A stretch of 62,651 nucleotides of DNA, filler included, from Nemertoderma westbladi (GCA_032718475.1; 3 parts of 3 records of this genome joined end to end with filler, not necessarily neighbours in it); one strand, 5' to 3'; counted from the first letter of the whole stretch, positions 34,571 through 48,144 are shown. The notes: generated by a model from the sequence alone, not told the origin. Program-made: numbers and translations.

Positions 34571-35384
34571 CTGTATAGTTGCCGGATATCTACTGTTCTG
34601 GTATTTATTGTTATGTTTTAGTTAGAATAACGTGCCAGATTAACCTGCTCCTTTCAATTAATCAATAATTTAAGTCCCACCCCGTATCGAAAAATTACTT
34701 AAAATCAAACTCAAGTAGTATTAACAAAAAAAAAAGAAAAAAAAAGTAGTATTAACTATTGTTATATTTAGATCGTTTGTGGAGCCTTTTAAGGAACTTA
34801 TTTTTGCCTTGCCTTTATGATGAGGTGATTTCTAGCTAAGCTGAGATGTGGGAAACACGTGATGACAGAGATACAATAAATAATGCAATAATATTTCACA
34901 ACCTACAAGTGAAAAACATAATGCTCGAAGATAATTATGTCGCAGAGCCATGTAACTTGTAAACGCGTCATTAATTTATTGGAATGAAACATTATGCCTT
35001 GCGTCGAACTACGTGCCCTTGGTCAGTTGTGTTGTACTGAGAACGATCTTACCTGGATTGAATCATAACTTTAACCTCTTTGATAACAGTCAAACATCAT
35101 ATGAAGTGATATCTGCCATAAACTTATTATTTTACTACACACCACAGCTTTATTTTCAATTCATTGTTCTTACCCATTAATATTTAATCAGGAAGTGAAT
35201 GCAGCAAGTAAATTGTATTCCCATAACTTTTTCTCAGTGTTATACAATGTATTTCGGAATGGAACATTGCTAAAAAAAGCGCTCCTGTTTTAGTTTTACG
35301 AGCCTGAAAAGTACGGTAAGGATGAATTTAGTATTCTATAGTCTATTTATTTGCAAGTAAACTAAACTTTTTTTCGTCCGATAG

Positions 35385-35625
35385 GCCTGGATTACCCACA
35401 AGTCTGAAGACTTATTTGCAGTGCGGCCCCCGCCCAGAACTAAACTCATCAGACGAAATTTGTACTCATTTAAGGGTGTAAAGCAGAGAGATGTGCCTGG
35501 CTGCTCGTCCCGAAAGAAAAGCTCTCTTGGCCTGGCCCCCCTCCCCTATCTCCTGTGGGTTCGAACCCTCGGTCTCTGGAGCCAGAGATTGAAGGCAATG
35601 GAACAGTCCACTGCCAAGGTGGGAT
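35385..35625 (-). mobile_element. Possible tRNA-derived SINE
   Basis: Minus strand has a B-box-like GGGTTCGAACCC (~35557-35568) downstream of a TGGCAGTGG A-box-like motif, then a TAAATGAGTAC core-like motif. No TSD confirmed. Confidence 0.4.
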
Positions 35626-36829
35626 TTATAGCTCTGCAGTATATCTCTGAAAAAAATTGATTGAATATCTTGTACACAAAATAATTAAATAGCTAGCTAA
35701 CTAAATAATAGTTACAAGAAATATGGGAGGAGTGGTATTGGAATCAGGCACTGACCCACCCAAAGAATCGAGGTGGTGACTTTACTATTTCACTCCACCC
35801 AGTCCCTATCTATTATTTATAGTAGATATCCTTCCTGTATGATTGATAAACTTTCCTTCTTCCCTTTCCGTTACCTCATGATCTCTGCGATATATAATCA
35901 TTCTGCTGACAGCGGTTATTTCTTTATGTTATTTATTCCAGCTTATAATTTTTATGGGATATTTGATGCTTCAGCTTGGCAGAGAAGGCTGTGGCGCCTT
36001 CAGTTCATGAATTACATACTGTATGTGTTACGTCTCTCGTGCATGAATAAGCTAGAGTTGTTTTCATTTATTTCATTTCTTTCATACAGTTAGTTGGTAT
36101 GACTGAGTCCCACTGACATATAAATGAAATGGTCACAAATTTATACGGATATTAATATTACGATTCTACGGATACCTGAGATTAAATCGTATTAATCTGT
36201 CGTGATTATCATGTGAAATGTACTCCCTACCCTGTGTTCATGTGCGTCATTCAATGACAAGGTACGTCATTGAACATTAACGACGTAGTCTGTGTTAATT
36301 GCCGGATCACGGGAAAATGGGAGAAATGAGCATTGTCAAGGCAGATTCGGGGGGGGGGGGGGGGTTCTTGAGGCTTAAATGCACCTTCCCAGGAGAAAAT
36401 CAACGCGAATAGATATTTCATTTCATAAAACACCCGGACGAGCCGGTATTATATTAGATAAAATATATATATAAGGAATACATATACATATATAAGTAGG
36501 TATGAACGGTTTATCATTGGCAATATGATAAAGATAACATAAGTAAATAAAGTGCACATATATTTGGGCAAAACGCATCGGACAAAGATAACATGTGTAT
36601 AGACGTAAATAAAAAGCACATACAGCATGTTTGAGCAAAACGCATCAGGTCATTGTAAAAAATAAGAAAACTTGGTGCAGATGTAGTGAGAAGCATGTCA
36701 TAAGGTATTCTATCTCGAAGCGTGGACCACATAAACCATATTAGCATTAAGTGAGGAGGGGGGGGGGGGGGGGGGGTGGATTGCAGAGTGCAGGTAGAAG
36801 TGATTATGATAGGAGTTTGCGCTGCAAAT

Positions 36830-37850
36830 ATAGTTGGATATCAGATTAGGAAACGCCATAATATGAGAGTATTCTGGCTCTTTTCTCTTCAATGCTGATT
36901 GTTTTGAGTGTGAGTGTAGTTCTAATGAAATTTGAGCTGATCAGTTCACGATATGTCGGCTTGGCAAGTGAAATACGCGACACCAGCTCACTTTTGGAAT
37001 ATGAAAAGTTGAGTGCAGAAAGCAGGTCAGGTAAGGCGTAGGATGAGCGCGCGATGCTGTAGCCACAAGAAGTGCCGCGATATGACGCCAGGGGGCGGAC
37101 ATTGCTGAACATTGCAATCCGACAACTTAGTTGTAGAAAGCGACTAGGACAGTTCAATATGCGCAGGATGGTACCGACACACAACCGAAGTGCAGCAATC
37201 GAGATTGGCACAAGGAGACGTGGTAAAGAGTGCAATTCCCAACATATGGACCAAGGTTTAGTAAACCTCTTAACGATTTGCGGTAGAATACATCAAGAGC
37301 GTCACTATCAGTGGAAGTAAGAGAACCTATAGTGAATTTTAATCCATATGTGGTAGCTGGTACAGCGAGGGAGTCCCATAGTCGGAAGACCACCTTAGGA
37401 GGAAGCCAGCGCGTTGTCCAGCCTCTAGTGTGAAATGTGCTGATAGAATCATTAAGGATTACTTTGGAGTTCGATAAACTTTTAAGGTTGTATCCTAAGA
37501 AGGTAATGGCAGAACTTCTTGCAACAAGAGATCCACGTATGTTGATAAAGCAGGGTTTATGACATGGATTTTGGATGCTGTCGACTACAATCCATGAGGT
37601 TTTAGTGGGTTCAAAGCTAAGACGTACCTCGTCTGCTTTGTCACTTACAATCATTGCCATACGTTCGAGATCAGTAGCCGAGGTGCTAAGAAAGAGGAAG
37701 TCATCGGCGTATACTATGGCGCCTAACCACACAGGGCCGACATGATAACCTAAGTTGGAACTCTCTAGAGCCGCAGTTATATCAGCTGTGTATAAGTTAA
37801 AAAAAGTTGGTGATAGTAGAGAACCTTGCTTTAAACCTTGGATTAAACCT
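36830..37850 (-). mobile_element. 5'-truncated non-LTR retrotransposon (RT C-terminal half, frameshifted)
   Basis: GLKQGSLLSPTFFNLYTADI...WLGAIVYADDFLFLS...ITFLG...TYGL. Confidence 0.85.
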
Positions 37851-38825
37851 TGGAGATAATATCATGGCACCTGATTACGAGTAAAGAAAAATTAAACTGG
37901 AACTTGCAAAATTCCAGGCTAAGATATACTAACAAATTACACATCACCACCACCGCTTTAAATGGATGCTACCCCAAATAAAATAATTTAAATTGTGTTA
38001 ATTATGTTAATAGATAAACTATGAGCAATACATTCCCCATAACATACATAATAAATTTGGTGTTGAAAATTAAATTTAGGGTAGAAATGATTTTTTTCAC
38101 TTTTTTAGGGTATCAATAGTGAATTTGAATTATAATTATATAATTTGGATTATATATTTATTGACAACAACTAAAAATTTGGACGTATATGAGAAACAAG
38201 GATGAGATTATCTGTGTCAGTGTCATTTCGTGGTGTAACTTGACCCACTACTATTACTGTAATTATAATAGGTCATGGGTTTACGTTTTGTCAGTGTTTT
38301 AATGAGACAGCAGTTTTTCTGTGAATTATAGGACGCCAGAATATTATGTGGCGAATTGAATTTCACTGGATGGATCATGGATGCAGTATTTCTGGCATAT
38401 GCCATGCCAAGATTATATTTGGGCAACACGTACGTGATTTTCGCGCTATTTGCTTTGTTGCTAATATACTGGCTGACAAGTGAATTTCAGTGTCATATTT
38501 TATACGTGTGTTATATGTAGACATTGTTACCGTGTTATTGGGTAGCTTTCCTGTTTCCAGTTTAATTGTTGATAAGCGATTTTTCTCTGGTGTGTGTGTA
38601 ATCGTTATTGAGTGTTGTTACTGGGGCTGGGGGGGGGGGGGGGGGGTGAATAGATGCGACATGCCGCCGGCAAGTTAATCTGCACTCAATTTGCAGCATT
38701 CCCTTGATTGCATTACCTTGCAAGAACTTGGCATATTTCCTTCCATCTTGAAAATAATGTAATTTCGAATAAATTGGAATTACAACAGCTTGTGTTAGAA
38801 CCTACTTCTAGGTTGAGAAATAGAG

Positions 38826-41040
38826 TAGCGACCATTACACCCTCACATAGAGATGCGACCATTACACCATCACGTAGAGAAGTGACCATTACACACTCAC
38901 ATAGAGAAACGACCATTACACCATCACGTGGTGAAGCGACCATTACACCATCATATGTAGAGAAGCGACCATTACACCCTTACGTAGAAAGCGACCATTA
39001 CACCCTCACGTAGAGAAGAGACCATTAAACCTTCACGTAGTGAAGCGACCATTACACCATCATATGTAGAGAAGCGACCATTACACCCTTACGTAGAAAG
39101 CGACCATACACCCTCACGTAGAGAAGCGACCATTACACCCTCATGTAGAGAAGCGACCATTACACCCTCATGTAGAGAAGCGACCATTACACCATCAGAT
39201 CACGTAGAGAAGCGACCATTACACCCTCACGTAGAGAAGCGACCATTACACCCTCATGTAGAGAAGCGACCATTACACCCTTACGTAGAGAAGCGACCAT
39301 TACACCATCATGTAGAGAAGCGACCATTACACCCTTACGTAGAGAAGCGACCATTACACCATCATGTAGAGAAGCGACCATTACACCCTCACGTAGAGAA
39401 GCGACCATTACACCATCATGTAGAGAAGCGACCATTACACCATCATGTAGAGAAGAGACCATTAAACCCTCACGTAGTGAAGCGACCATTACACCATCAT
39501 ATGTAGAGAAGCGACTATTACACCCTTACGTAGAAAGCGACCATTACACCCTCATGTAGAGAAGCGACCATTACACCATCAGATCACGTAGAGAAGCGAC
39601 CATTACACCCTCACGTAGAGAAGCGACCATTACACCCTCATGTAGAGAAGCGACCATTACACCCTTACGTAGAGAAGCGACCATTACACCATCATGTAGA
39701 GAAGCGACCATTACACCATCATATGTAGAGAAGCGACCATTACACCCTTACGTAGAAAGCGACCATTACACCCTCACGTAGAGAAGAGACCATTAAACCT
39801 TCACGTAGTGAAGCGACCATTACACCATCATATGTAGGGAAGCGACCATTACACCCTTACGTAGAAAGCGACCATTACACCCTCACGTAGAGAAGCGACC
39901 ATTACACCCTCATGTAGAGAAGCGACCATTACACCCTCATGTAGAGAAGCGACCATTACACCATCAGATCACGTAGAGAAGCGACCATTACACCCTCACG
40001 TAGAGAAGCGACCATTACACCCTCATGTAGAGAAGCGACCATTACACCCTTACGTAGAGAAGCGACCATTACACCATCATGTAGAGAAGCGACCATTACA
40101 CCCTTACGTAGAGAAGCGACCATTACACCATCATGTAGAGAAGCGACCATTACACCCTCACGTAGAGAAGCGACCATTACACCATCATGTAGAGAAGCGA
40201 CCATTACACCATCATGTAGAGAAGAGACCATTAAACCCTCACGTAGTGAAGCGACCATTACACCATCATATGTAGAGAAGCGACTATTACACCCTTACGT
40301 AGAAAGCGACCATTACACCCTCATGTAGAGAAGCGACCATTACACCATCAGATCACGTAGAGAAGCGACCATTACACCCTCACGTAGAGAAGCGACCATT
40401 ACACCCTCATGTAGAGAAGCGACCATTACACCCTTACGTAGAGAAGCGACCATTACACCATCATGTAGAGAAGCGACCATTACACCCTTACGTAGAGAAG
40501 CGACCATTACACCATCATGTAGAGAAGCGACCATTACACCCTCACGTAGAGAAGCGACCATTACACCATCATGTAGAGAAGCGACCATTACACCATCATG
40601 TAGAGAAGAGACCATTAAACCCTCACGTAGTGAAGCGACCATTACACCATCATATGTAGAGAAGCGACCATTACACCCTTACGTAGAAAGCGACCATTAC
40701 ACCCTCACGTAGAGAAGCGACCATTACACCCTCATGTAGAGAAGCGACCAGTACACCATCAGATCACGTAGAGAAGAGACCATTAAACCCTCACGTAGTG
40801 AAGCGACCATTACACCATCATATGTAGAGAAGCGACCATTACACCCTCATATGTAGAGAAGCGACCATTACACCCTTACGTAGAAAGCGACCATTACACC
40901 CTCACGTAGAGAAGCGACCATTACACCCTCATGTAGAGAAGCGACCAGTACACCATCAGATCACGTAGAGAAGAGACCATTAAACCCTCACGTAGTGAAG
41001 CGACCATTACACCATCATGTAGAGAAGCGACCATCACACC
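38826..41040. repeat. 27-bp minisatellite GAGAAGCGACCATTACACCCTCACGTA with higher-order periodicity
   Basis: About 80 copies; identical variant blocks recur at offsets of 769 and 384 bp. Confidence 0.97.
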
Positions 41041-41622
41041 CACCCCGTGGTTTTTTGTTCTATCTTGGAAACAAACGCAGTTGTGAACCTGAACGAACTT
41101 TTAAGAGTTTTATAGTCGAAGCGGTTGTTTAAAATATCGGGTACAAAACAGTACATTGCAGGGTTTTTCAACCCCTACTTATGGTACAATTTTAGAGAAG
41201 TTTTATAAAAATTACGATGCATAAATATGAATTGTATCATCTCTATCTTTTAGTTACACCAGTTTTTTAGGGTTCGCTATTAATTGGAATGCTAGCTTTG
41301 AAAATCCATCTATTTGGTAATTTATTTGTCTAATTCTGATGTTCATGTTCTCGCGTTATGGTGGTACGTTGGGGTTCTGAATTTGATCAAAACCCAAGTT
41401 TTATATTTTTTCATAATATTGTTGGCTATTTGAAATTTTTTCAGTAATATTCAAAATCGTGAAATTCAAAATATAAATCAGACGTTTTCAGTAATATTTG
41501 TCCATGTGAAGTAGATTTTAGCACGCCATCACCCCCCACCCCCCAGATTTGTTTTACAGGAGTAAAAAAGTAAAGATTAATCTTGAAATTGTTCCTTAAC
41601 TTTATTACATTTTCAATAACAC

Positions 41623-41728
41623 GTGGTTTGAACGGGTATCTATGATGGTAATTTTACTCAATTGTCTCACCCTTGGAATGTTTCAACCCTGTGAAGATTT
41701 ACATGGTTGTCACTCGACGAGGTGTAAG
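41623..41728 (+). CDS. CACNA1G: Cav3 coding exon 2 (IS1)
   Basis: (P)[35 protein letters not shown]; donor AAG|GTTAGT. Confidence 0.92.
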
Positions 41729-42240
41729 GTTAGTGGTACCGGTAGGTGTAAGTTAGTGGTACCTGTAGGTGTAAGGTTAGTGGTACCGGTAGGAGTAAGT
41801 TAGTGGTACCGCTAGGTGTAAGGTTAGTGGTACCTGTATGAGTAAGTTAGTGGTACCGCTAGGTGTAAGGTTAGTGGTACTTGTAGGAGTAAGTTAGTGG
41901 TACCGCTAGGTGTAAGTTTAGTGGTACCTGTATGAGTAAGTTAGTGGTACCGCTAGGTGTAAGTTTAGTGGTACCTGTATGAGTAAGTTAGTGGTACCGC
42001 TAGGTGTAAGTTTAGTGGTACCTGTAGGTGTAAGTTTAGTGGTACCGGTAGGTGTAAGTTAGTGGTACCGGTAGGTGTAAGTTAGTGGTACCGGTAGGTG
42101 TAAGTTAGTGGTACCGGTAGGTGTAAGTTAGTGGTACCGGTAGGTGTAAGTTAGTGGTACCGGAAGGTGTAAGGTTAGTGGTACCGGTAGGTATAAGTTT
42201 AGTGGTACCGGTGGGTGTAAAAGGTAGTGGTACCGGTAAG
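41720..42240. repeat. 23-24-bp tandem repeat AGGTGTAAG(G)TTAGTGGTACCGGT built from the exon 2/intron 2 junction
   Basis: The first unit overlaps the last codons of exon 2 and its donor; ~22 copies. Confidence 0.95.
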
Positions 42241-42445
42241 ATGCATGCGATAAGTAGTACCGGTAGGGTTTGATTTTAGGTTTTGGGTTAGATTTTTGAT
42301 TTTTTATTAATGTGGCTTTTAATTTGGCTTAATTTTTGGTCTTTTAATCTAATTAATTGAGTATATTATGTTTGCATGTTTTTAGTCTACAAGAACTTCA
42401 AATATAGACCTTTTAGGTTTTCATGTTACCAATTTACCTTTCCAG

Positions 42446-42588
42446 GTTCTGGAGTATTTCGATCACTCTATATTTGCGTTCTTTGCTGCGGAAATGATTT
42501 TAAAAATAATCGCTATGGGCGCTTTTGGAGAAAAGGCCTATTTCAAGGAAACGTGGAATAAACTGGACTTTTTCATCGTTTTTGCAGG
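42446..42588 (+). CDS. CACNA1G: Cav3 coding exon 3 (IS2-IS3)
   Basis: ttccag|[48 protein letters not shown]|gtgagt; phases are compatible with its neighbours. Confidence 0.93.
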
Positions 42589-42879
42589 GTGAGTAAAATC
42601 TGTCAGAATATTGAGATATAAGTTATTGGTGTCAAGCACATAATCAAGCACTTTATAAAATTACAAAGTCTAGGCGTTATATTTGATAATATCTGCAATA
42701 TTATAAGAATAAAACTGTAAGCTGTTGATCTTTTTACCCTATATAAGTTGCGATAACCAACTTACATAGAATAATTCAGAGAGAGTTTACCTTTTTATGT
42801 CAGCCATTGATTTATATTTTTGGTATTGTCGTGTTTTGAGTCTTAAACTTAAACCCTCTATTCTATTCTATAACCATGG

Positions 42880-43630
42880 CCTTGTATAGCGTTCCAACAT
42901 CCACTAAAAGACAAAAAAATATGGATTGCACAGGCCAAACCACCACGTTGCACGGTATGGGATTTCATACATGGTATAGTATAGTGTTGTACAGCATAAC
43001 ACTGTGGTGGGTGGAATGGCTTGGCAGTTTGGTATGACCTGACCATACCACGGTATGGCATTCCGTGACATGGCAGGATGTGGGTCGCAATAGCATCGCA
43101 CACCGTGACCCTGCCATGGCGTTGCAGATATGGTGACATGGTTGGTCACGCTAGGCATTACATAGTATGGCATGGCACGTTATGGTTGCTACCTGCTTGG
43201 TATGCCTTGGCATTACATGGCAAGGAACGACATATCGCAGGACAGCATGACAGATTAAAACAGCATAGCAGATTAGCACAGCATAACATGACATGGATTA
43301 TATAGCGCGGTCGCACATATGCACGGTCGGTGTTGTACAGCATTGGTGGAAGGGATAGGATGGCACATCATAGCACCATGCGCACGCAGCACCGCATTGT
43401 ATGTGAGGCCACGAAATAGAATTGCCTGTCAAAGCACTTGATAGCAAGACGCAGCCCATCACCCGGTCATGGTTCGGTATGGCATACGACGATATCACAT
43501 GTGCTATTGTGCAGGGTAAAGACTCGGTGGATCCTATCAAGGAACGTCACATTATCTGCATGTTGTGGAATTGCAAGGGCGATGTAAGGTATATCACATT
43601 GACAGTGTAGCATATCATAGCACAGCACTG
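42880..43630. repeat. Degenerate low-complexity region rich in ATGGC/CATGG/GCATA pentamers
   Basis: Recurring short words; probably an eroded microsatellite. Confidence 0.45.
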
Positions 43631-44026
43631 GGTTTTTTTTGGAAACTTGTGAAATAGTAACACTGTTCATAATAAATAAAATAAATAAATAAATAAACTG
43701 CAAGGCTCTCAATAATTATTTGGTCATGCAATTAATTGACACCAATAAATTTATTGGTGTGATTTTAAAATTATTGCTAATTGATTGGGACAGATGTATT
43801 TAAATTTATAATTATTTAGTTTAATTATTATTTATTAATTATTCATATTTTAATTAATTGGATAAATAATTGAACTGGAATCAAGTTTATACCAATTAAT
43901 AGGTTAATTGCAATTTTCAAAGAAAATCCACTTTCAAAATCCTACCCTTATATATAATTTAAAAAAAAAATTGTTGTCGTTTCTCTAGACCTATACACCT
44001 TTTCCTGTAATATAGTGTCTTTATTC

Positions 44027-45372
44027 TATCCCATCATAGTAGACATGTACCGAACAACAAGAGTCCCACAAGAAATGAAAACAAATAAGTTGGTGCCAGT
44101 TCCCAAGAAGGGCAACCTAACACTCTATGGTTCTTTTCGGGGAATCTCATTGATCTCGATTGCTGCAAAGCTATACAATAGAATTCTATTAAATCGCATC
44201 AGGGATCCCATTGAGAGACTGCTCCGTGGAAATCAGAATGGGTTCCGTAAAGGTCGTGGGACCATGGAACCCATTTTGGCACTTAGAAGGATAATTGAAG
44301 AGTTATCAAAAAAGAAAGACAGGCATCTGGCTGTTATCTTTGTTGACTTCTTCAAGGCCTTTGATTCAGTCTCTCGCTCACGTATGTTCAGCATACTTTC
44401 ATTATATGGGATTCCTGATGAAATTATTGCAGCAATCAGATCAGTATACGATGGTTCGACAACATTTGTGTCTACTGTTGACGGTGACACAGAACCATTT
44501 GAAGTGTTATGGGGCGTCCTCCAAGGAGACACACTTGCACCATTCTTGTTCATTATTGTGGTTGACTATGTTCTACGCATGTCCTTACATCATTATAATG
44601 ATGATGGGGTGATGATAACTCCACCTACTGGCTCCAGAAGTCGAGGAAATCCTGCAAGTACCTAACTGATCTAGACTTTGCTGATGACTTAGGAGTACTC
44701 TCAGAATCATTAGAGGGAGCCCAACGGCTCCTCGGCTCATTAGAACATGCTGCTTCTAGTGTTGGTCTTTTTATTAACTCCAGAAAGACCAAAATTCTGA
44801 CAGTTAACTTTGAAAGTCCTCAGCAAGTCTCGGATCGGATGAGCATAAGCTCAAAGGATGGTATGCTTGAGCATGTGGACGACTTCTGTTACCTGGGATC
44901 ATGGATCCGGAAGTCAGGTGAGGACCTTCGAATACGTAAGGGAAAGGCATGGGCAGCCTTGAATAGGCTTTCCAGGATTTGGAAGTCACCGAGCATTAAT
45001 CGGAAACTTAAGGTCCGATTATTTAGACAATGCACACATCTCCAACGAGACACTATATAACATTGGAGGTGTCTCATTGGTTCCCCCAAGCTTGACACTA
45101 GAACAAAATCGCCTCCGCTTTGCAGGACATTGCTTTCGCCGTGAGGACCAGCCAGTGCATAATCTTGTACTTTGGCAGCCTCATGGAGTGAATAAGCATG
45201 GTGGACAGCCCATGACTTTCTTGAGACGCATCTTAAAGGACACTGGCCTTGAAGATGCGGATGATCTAGCAAATGTCATGGGTGATAGGGAGTTGTGGCG
45301 GTGCAATTTTGTTGACAAGCCGGCACAGCATTCTTAAAAATGCAGCTGCAATGCAGCATGCCGATCCTAGTA
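44027..45372 (+). mobile_element. 5'-truncated RTE-like LINE (RT pseudogene) in Cav3 intron 3
   Basis: PVPKKG, FRGISL, QNGFRKGR, FVDFFKAFDSV, GVLQGDTLAPFLF, DLDFADD (after a frameshift at ~44655), RLRFAGHC. Confidence 0.92.
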
Positions 45373-45877
45373 GTCTTTATTCAGGTCTGAACGTGAACAT
45401 ACTCCCAAAATTTGTCTGCAAATCTTAATGAGATTGCACGAAATTTGAAACAGAGATAATTTCACCTCCCTCCTCCTTACTGGGTGAGCCAGAATTTTTA
45501 TTTTTGCTTTCATTCTTTACCTATACAAGTGTTTGAAAAAGGTGTGTCTGTCGATATTGCACAAGTTCCACCGCAGTTATTCTTCAACTTCTTCAACCTT
45601 ATAGTGGTTGGTAAATTGCAATTAAATGATCGATAATATTTCCAAAAGCCGTGGCTCAGCTTGACCAACCACGGTATGTGGTGTATAGAAGAGCAAAGAA
45701 AGTCAGAACATCGCAGAATACGACATAGCATGCAGTGGAACGACTTGCGTAAGTACGGGAAGGCACGGAATTTCACTGCATCGTGCAGCATATAAACGCG
45801 TAATAGGATGGCCGAATGAATGATACAGAGCAACAAGGGCAGAGTATCATTGGGTTTAGTGAACTGTATATAATAAG

Positions 45878-46110
45878 TATATTATTATTATTATTAAAAG
45901 TATTTATAAGGCGCCGTATATACGGTGTTCTAGGCGCACAATAAAAAGTAAAGACATGTTGTAATAATAACTTAAAGACAGTGCTCAATAAATAAAATGA
46001 ATAAAATAAAAGTTATGATAGTAGTTCTAATTGTAGGTTTTGCGCTTAAATAGGTTTAGAGTAGGTGCCGAACGAACGTCCAGTGGAAGATTATTCCAAA
46101 TTAATGGCGT
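45878..46110 (-). mobile_element. 3' end of a CR1/L2-like LINE
   Basis: Minus strand IWNNLPLDVRSAPTLNLFKRK, followed by a GCGCC..GGCGC stem-loop and a (TAA)n tail. Confidence 0.65.
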
Positions 46111-46573
46111 AGTAGGTTCCAAGCCAGCTTGCTGGTGTTTCTTTTATAAACATGTACGAAATTCATTTTTCCCTTCCATTTTGCTGCTGCTTTTCTGGCG
46201 CTATTTCTACGGTACAATGCTTTAATCATTCAGAGTTTTAACATAGTACGTACCTCCCTTCCCTTCCCTTGCGTTGTCTAGTGTCGGTACTGCACATCTA
46301 ACATACATTATTAACATTCTCCCTAACCCCCAATACTAAACTAGGTGCCTGCTTTCGCTTTTATCAGTATGCTCGGTGTCAATTCCGACTGCAAAACGTA
46401 TCTGTCAAAATGCGCAAGTCCTAACAGCTCTATGCGTGATATGGATCAAGAACGTTTCCTATAAATATCTGGGGACGAAACGTTCGCCTTCCCTAACTAA
46501 CAGCCGGACATTTCGTCCCCATGCTATTTTACTCGGAATATTCATCTAAAAAAACGATAGTTAGTGATATTAG

Positions 46574-47625
46574 GGATTCGGTCGGTTCCATTTTGAACCT
46601 ACCTATACGCCAAATGTGGCATTTTCCACAAAACAACATTATTCATTCTATTTTCGTTTTGGAGTAAAATTAAATTGATTTTAACATATTGGTAATCTTA
46701 TGTGATTTGAAATAAAAAAACACAATGTGTTTGAAAATAATGGAATTATGTCGCATATAATGTAGGAAACTATGTATAGGGATATAGGTTGTTTCAAAAA
46801 ACATTTATTACATTTTTTACAATTATTATTCAAAAAGCATTAAAACCCTGAGACAAATTAGAATATTAGGTTTAAAATCAAATCAAAAAAATCAAATATA
46901 AATCAAATCTCTCTCTATCATAATAAACAACATTTCTAGCTTCTGATTCGTTGATTCGAATTTTATATCAACGTTTACCGGGCTTACCCTATTTATTATA
47001 GCAAAATATGTTATAGGTTATTATTTTTTTTAAAATACTTTACCATGCGGTCTATGCAAAACTGGCTTATAGGTGGTTTTGAAACATACTTGGGAGTATG
47101 GCCGGTGTAACAGGCTGAGATAACTCCCCACCAAATATGAATCCCCAGTCTTCTCAACCTAGGCTGAGAACACTCCCTAGTTTCCTCCCTAGATTTCTTA
47201 ACTAACGGAAAGGAGCAGGTTAGAGTTGCGGGCTTTTCTAACCAAAACAATAAACGATATCTCAATAACATAGGTTACAGTTTTATTTTTGCAATATACG
47301 AAAATAACACAGGTACGGATATGAATTATAACTCAATTAGGGGAGTCATCTCAGCCTAAGGGGAGCGTTCTCAGCCTAAGGGGAGTGTTCTCAGCCTAGG
47401 CTGAGATAACTGGGGAGTGTTTTCAGCCTAGGCTGAGAACACTGAGGAGTGTTCTCAGCCTAGGCTGAGTTGACAGGGGAGTTATTTCAAGAGGGAGTTG
47501 TTATCTCAGCCTTGTACACACAGGATTAAGAATACATTTTAACATAAAGAAATTCAGCAATCTCCATTTCGGCAAAAATTGCGTATTTGGAAATAGTTGG
47601 TTTCAAAATGGAACCGACGAAATCC
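46574..47625. mobile_element. MITE with GGATT..GTCGGTTCCATTTTGAA TIRs and a nested element
   Basis: GTCGGTTCCATTTTGAA (46581) and TTCAAAATGGAACCGAC (47602) are inverted. Confidence 0.7.
47102..47524. mobile_element. Nested palindromic MITE with AGGCTGAGA / TCTCAGCCT sub-repeats
   Basis: GTGTAACAGGCTGAGATAAC ... GTTATCTCAGCCTTGTACAC; contains the shared core motif. Confidence 0.7.
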
Positions 47626-48144
47626 AATTGGGGTAATTAACTAAATCATGTACAAACAGCTCTACAGCGATTTTAACTTACTTCTTAATTCGTTAGTATT
47701 ATCTGGAAGAAATGTATACTTTAAGCAATGTGTTCTTGAGCACCGTGAAAATAAAATTGCTTTAATTTTTCCTGCTTAATCTGACTTCGGAGAACACAAA
47801 AACATACAGGCCTAGTCTATAAACAAGTTTTTCCTTTTTATTGGCTCACCGTGTTTGCTGCACCCGTTATGCCATAATATAGGTAAAATTACTTTTCCGT
47901 ATAAAATTCCCAGAAGAATCATATTTCCGGAGAACTCTTATCCTTAGGTGTTCAATCCCATCTTGTGTAGTAAAGTTTCACTATATTAGTTAATTTAATA
48001 ACAGCATGGTATATATTTGTACTCAAATTACTATGATTGTATTAAGTTGTGGTTGTTTCTGTTAAAACTGAACTGGCTTTATCGATTTCATATATGTTAT
48101 TAACGCATCATACTAACTCTTTATCCAACCTATTTAACACATTC

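Larger units (their letters stand above)
32458..41622 (+). other. U12-type AT-AC intron, 9165 nt
   Basis: 5' ATATCCTTT (32458), branch TTCCTTAAC (41592-41600), 3' AC (41621-41622); splicing restores L-W-P-W-F-E-R in frame. Confidence 0.92.

Noticed and set aside
38708-40642. Repeated MVASLREGV ORFs
   Set aside because: Products of the 27-bp satellite.
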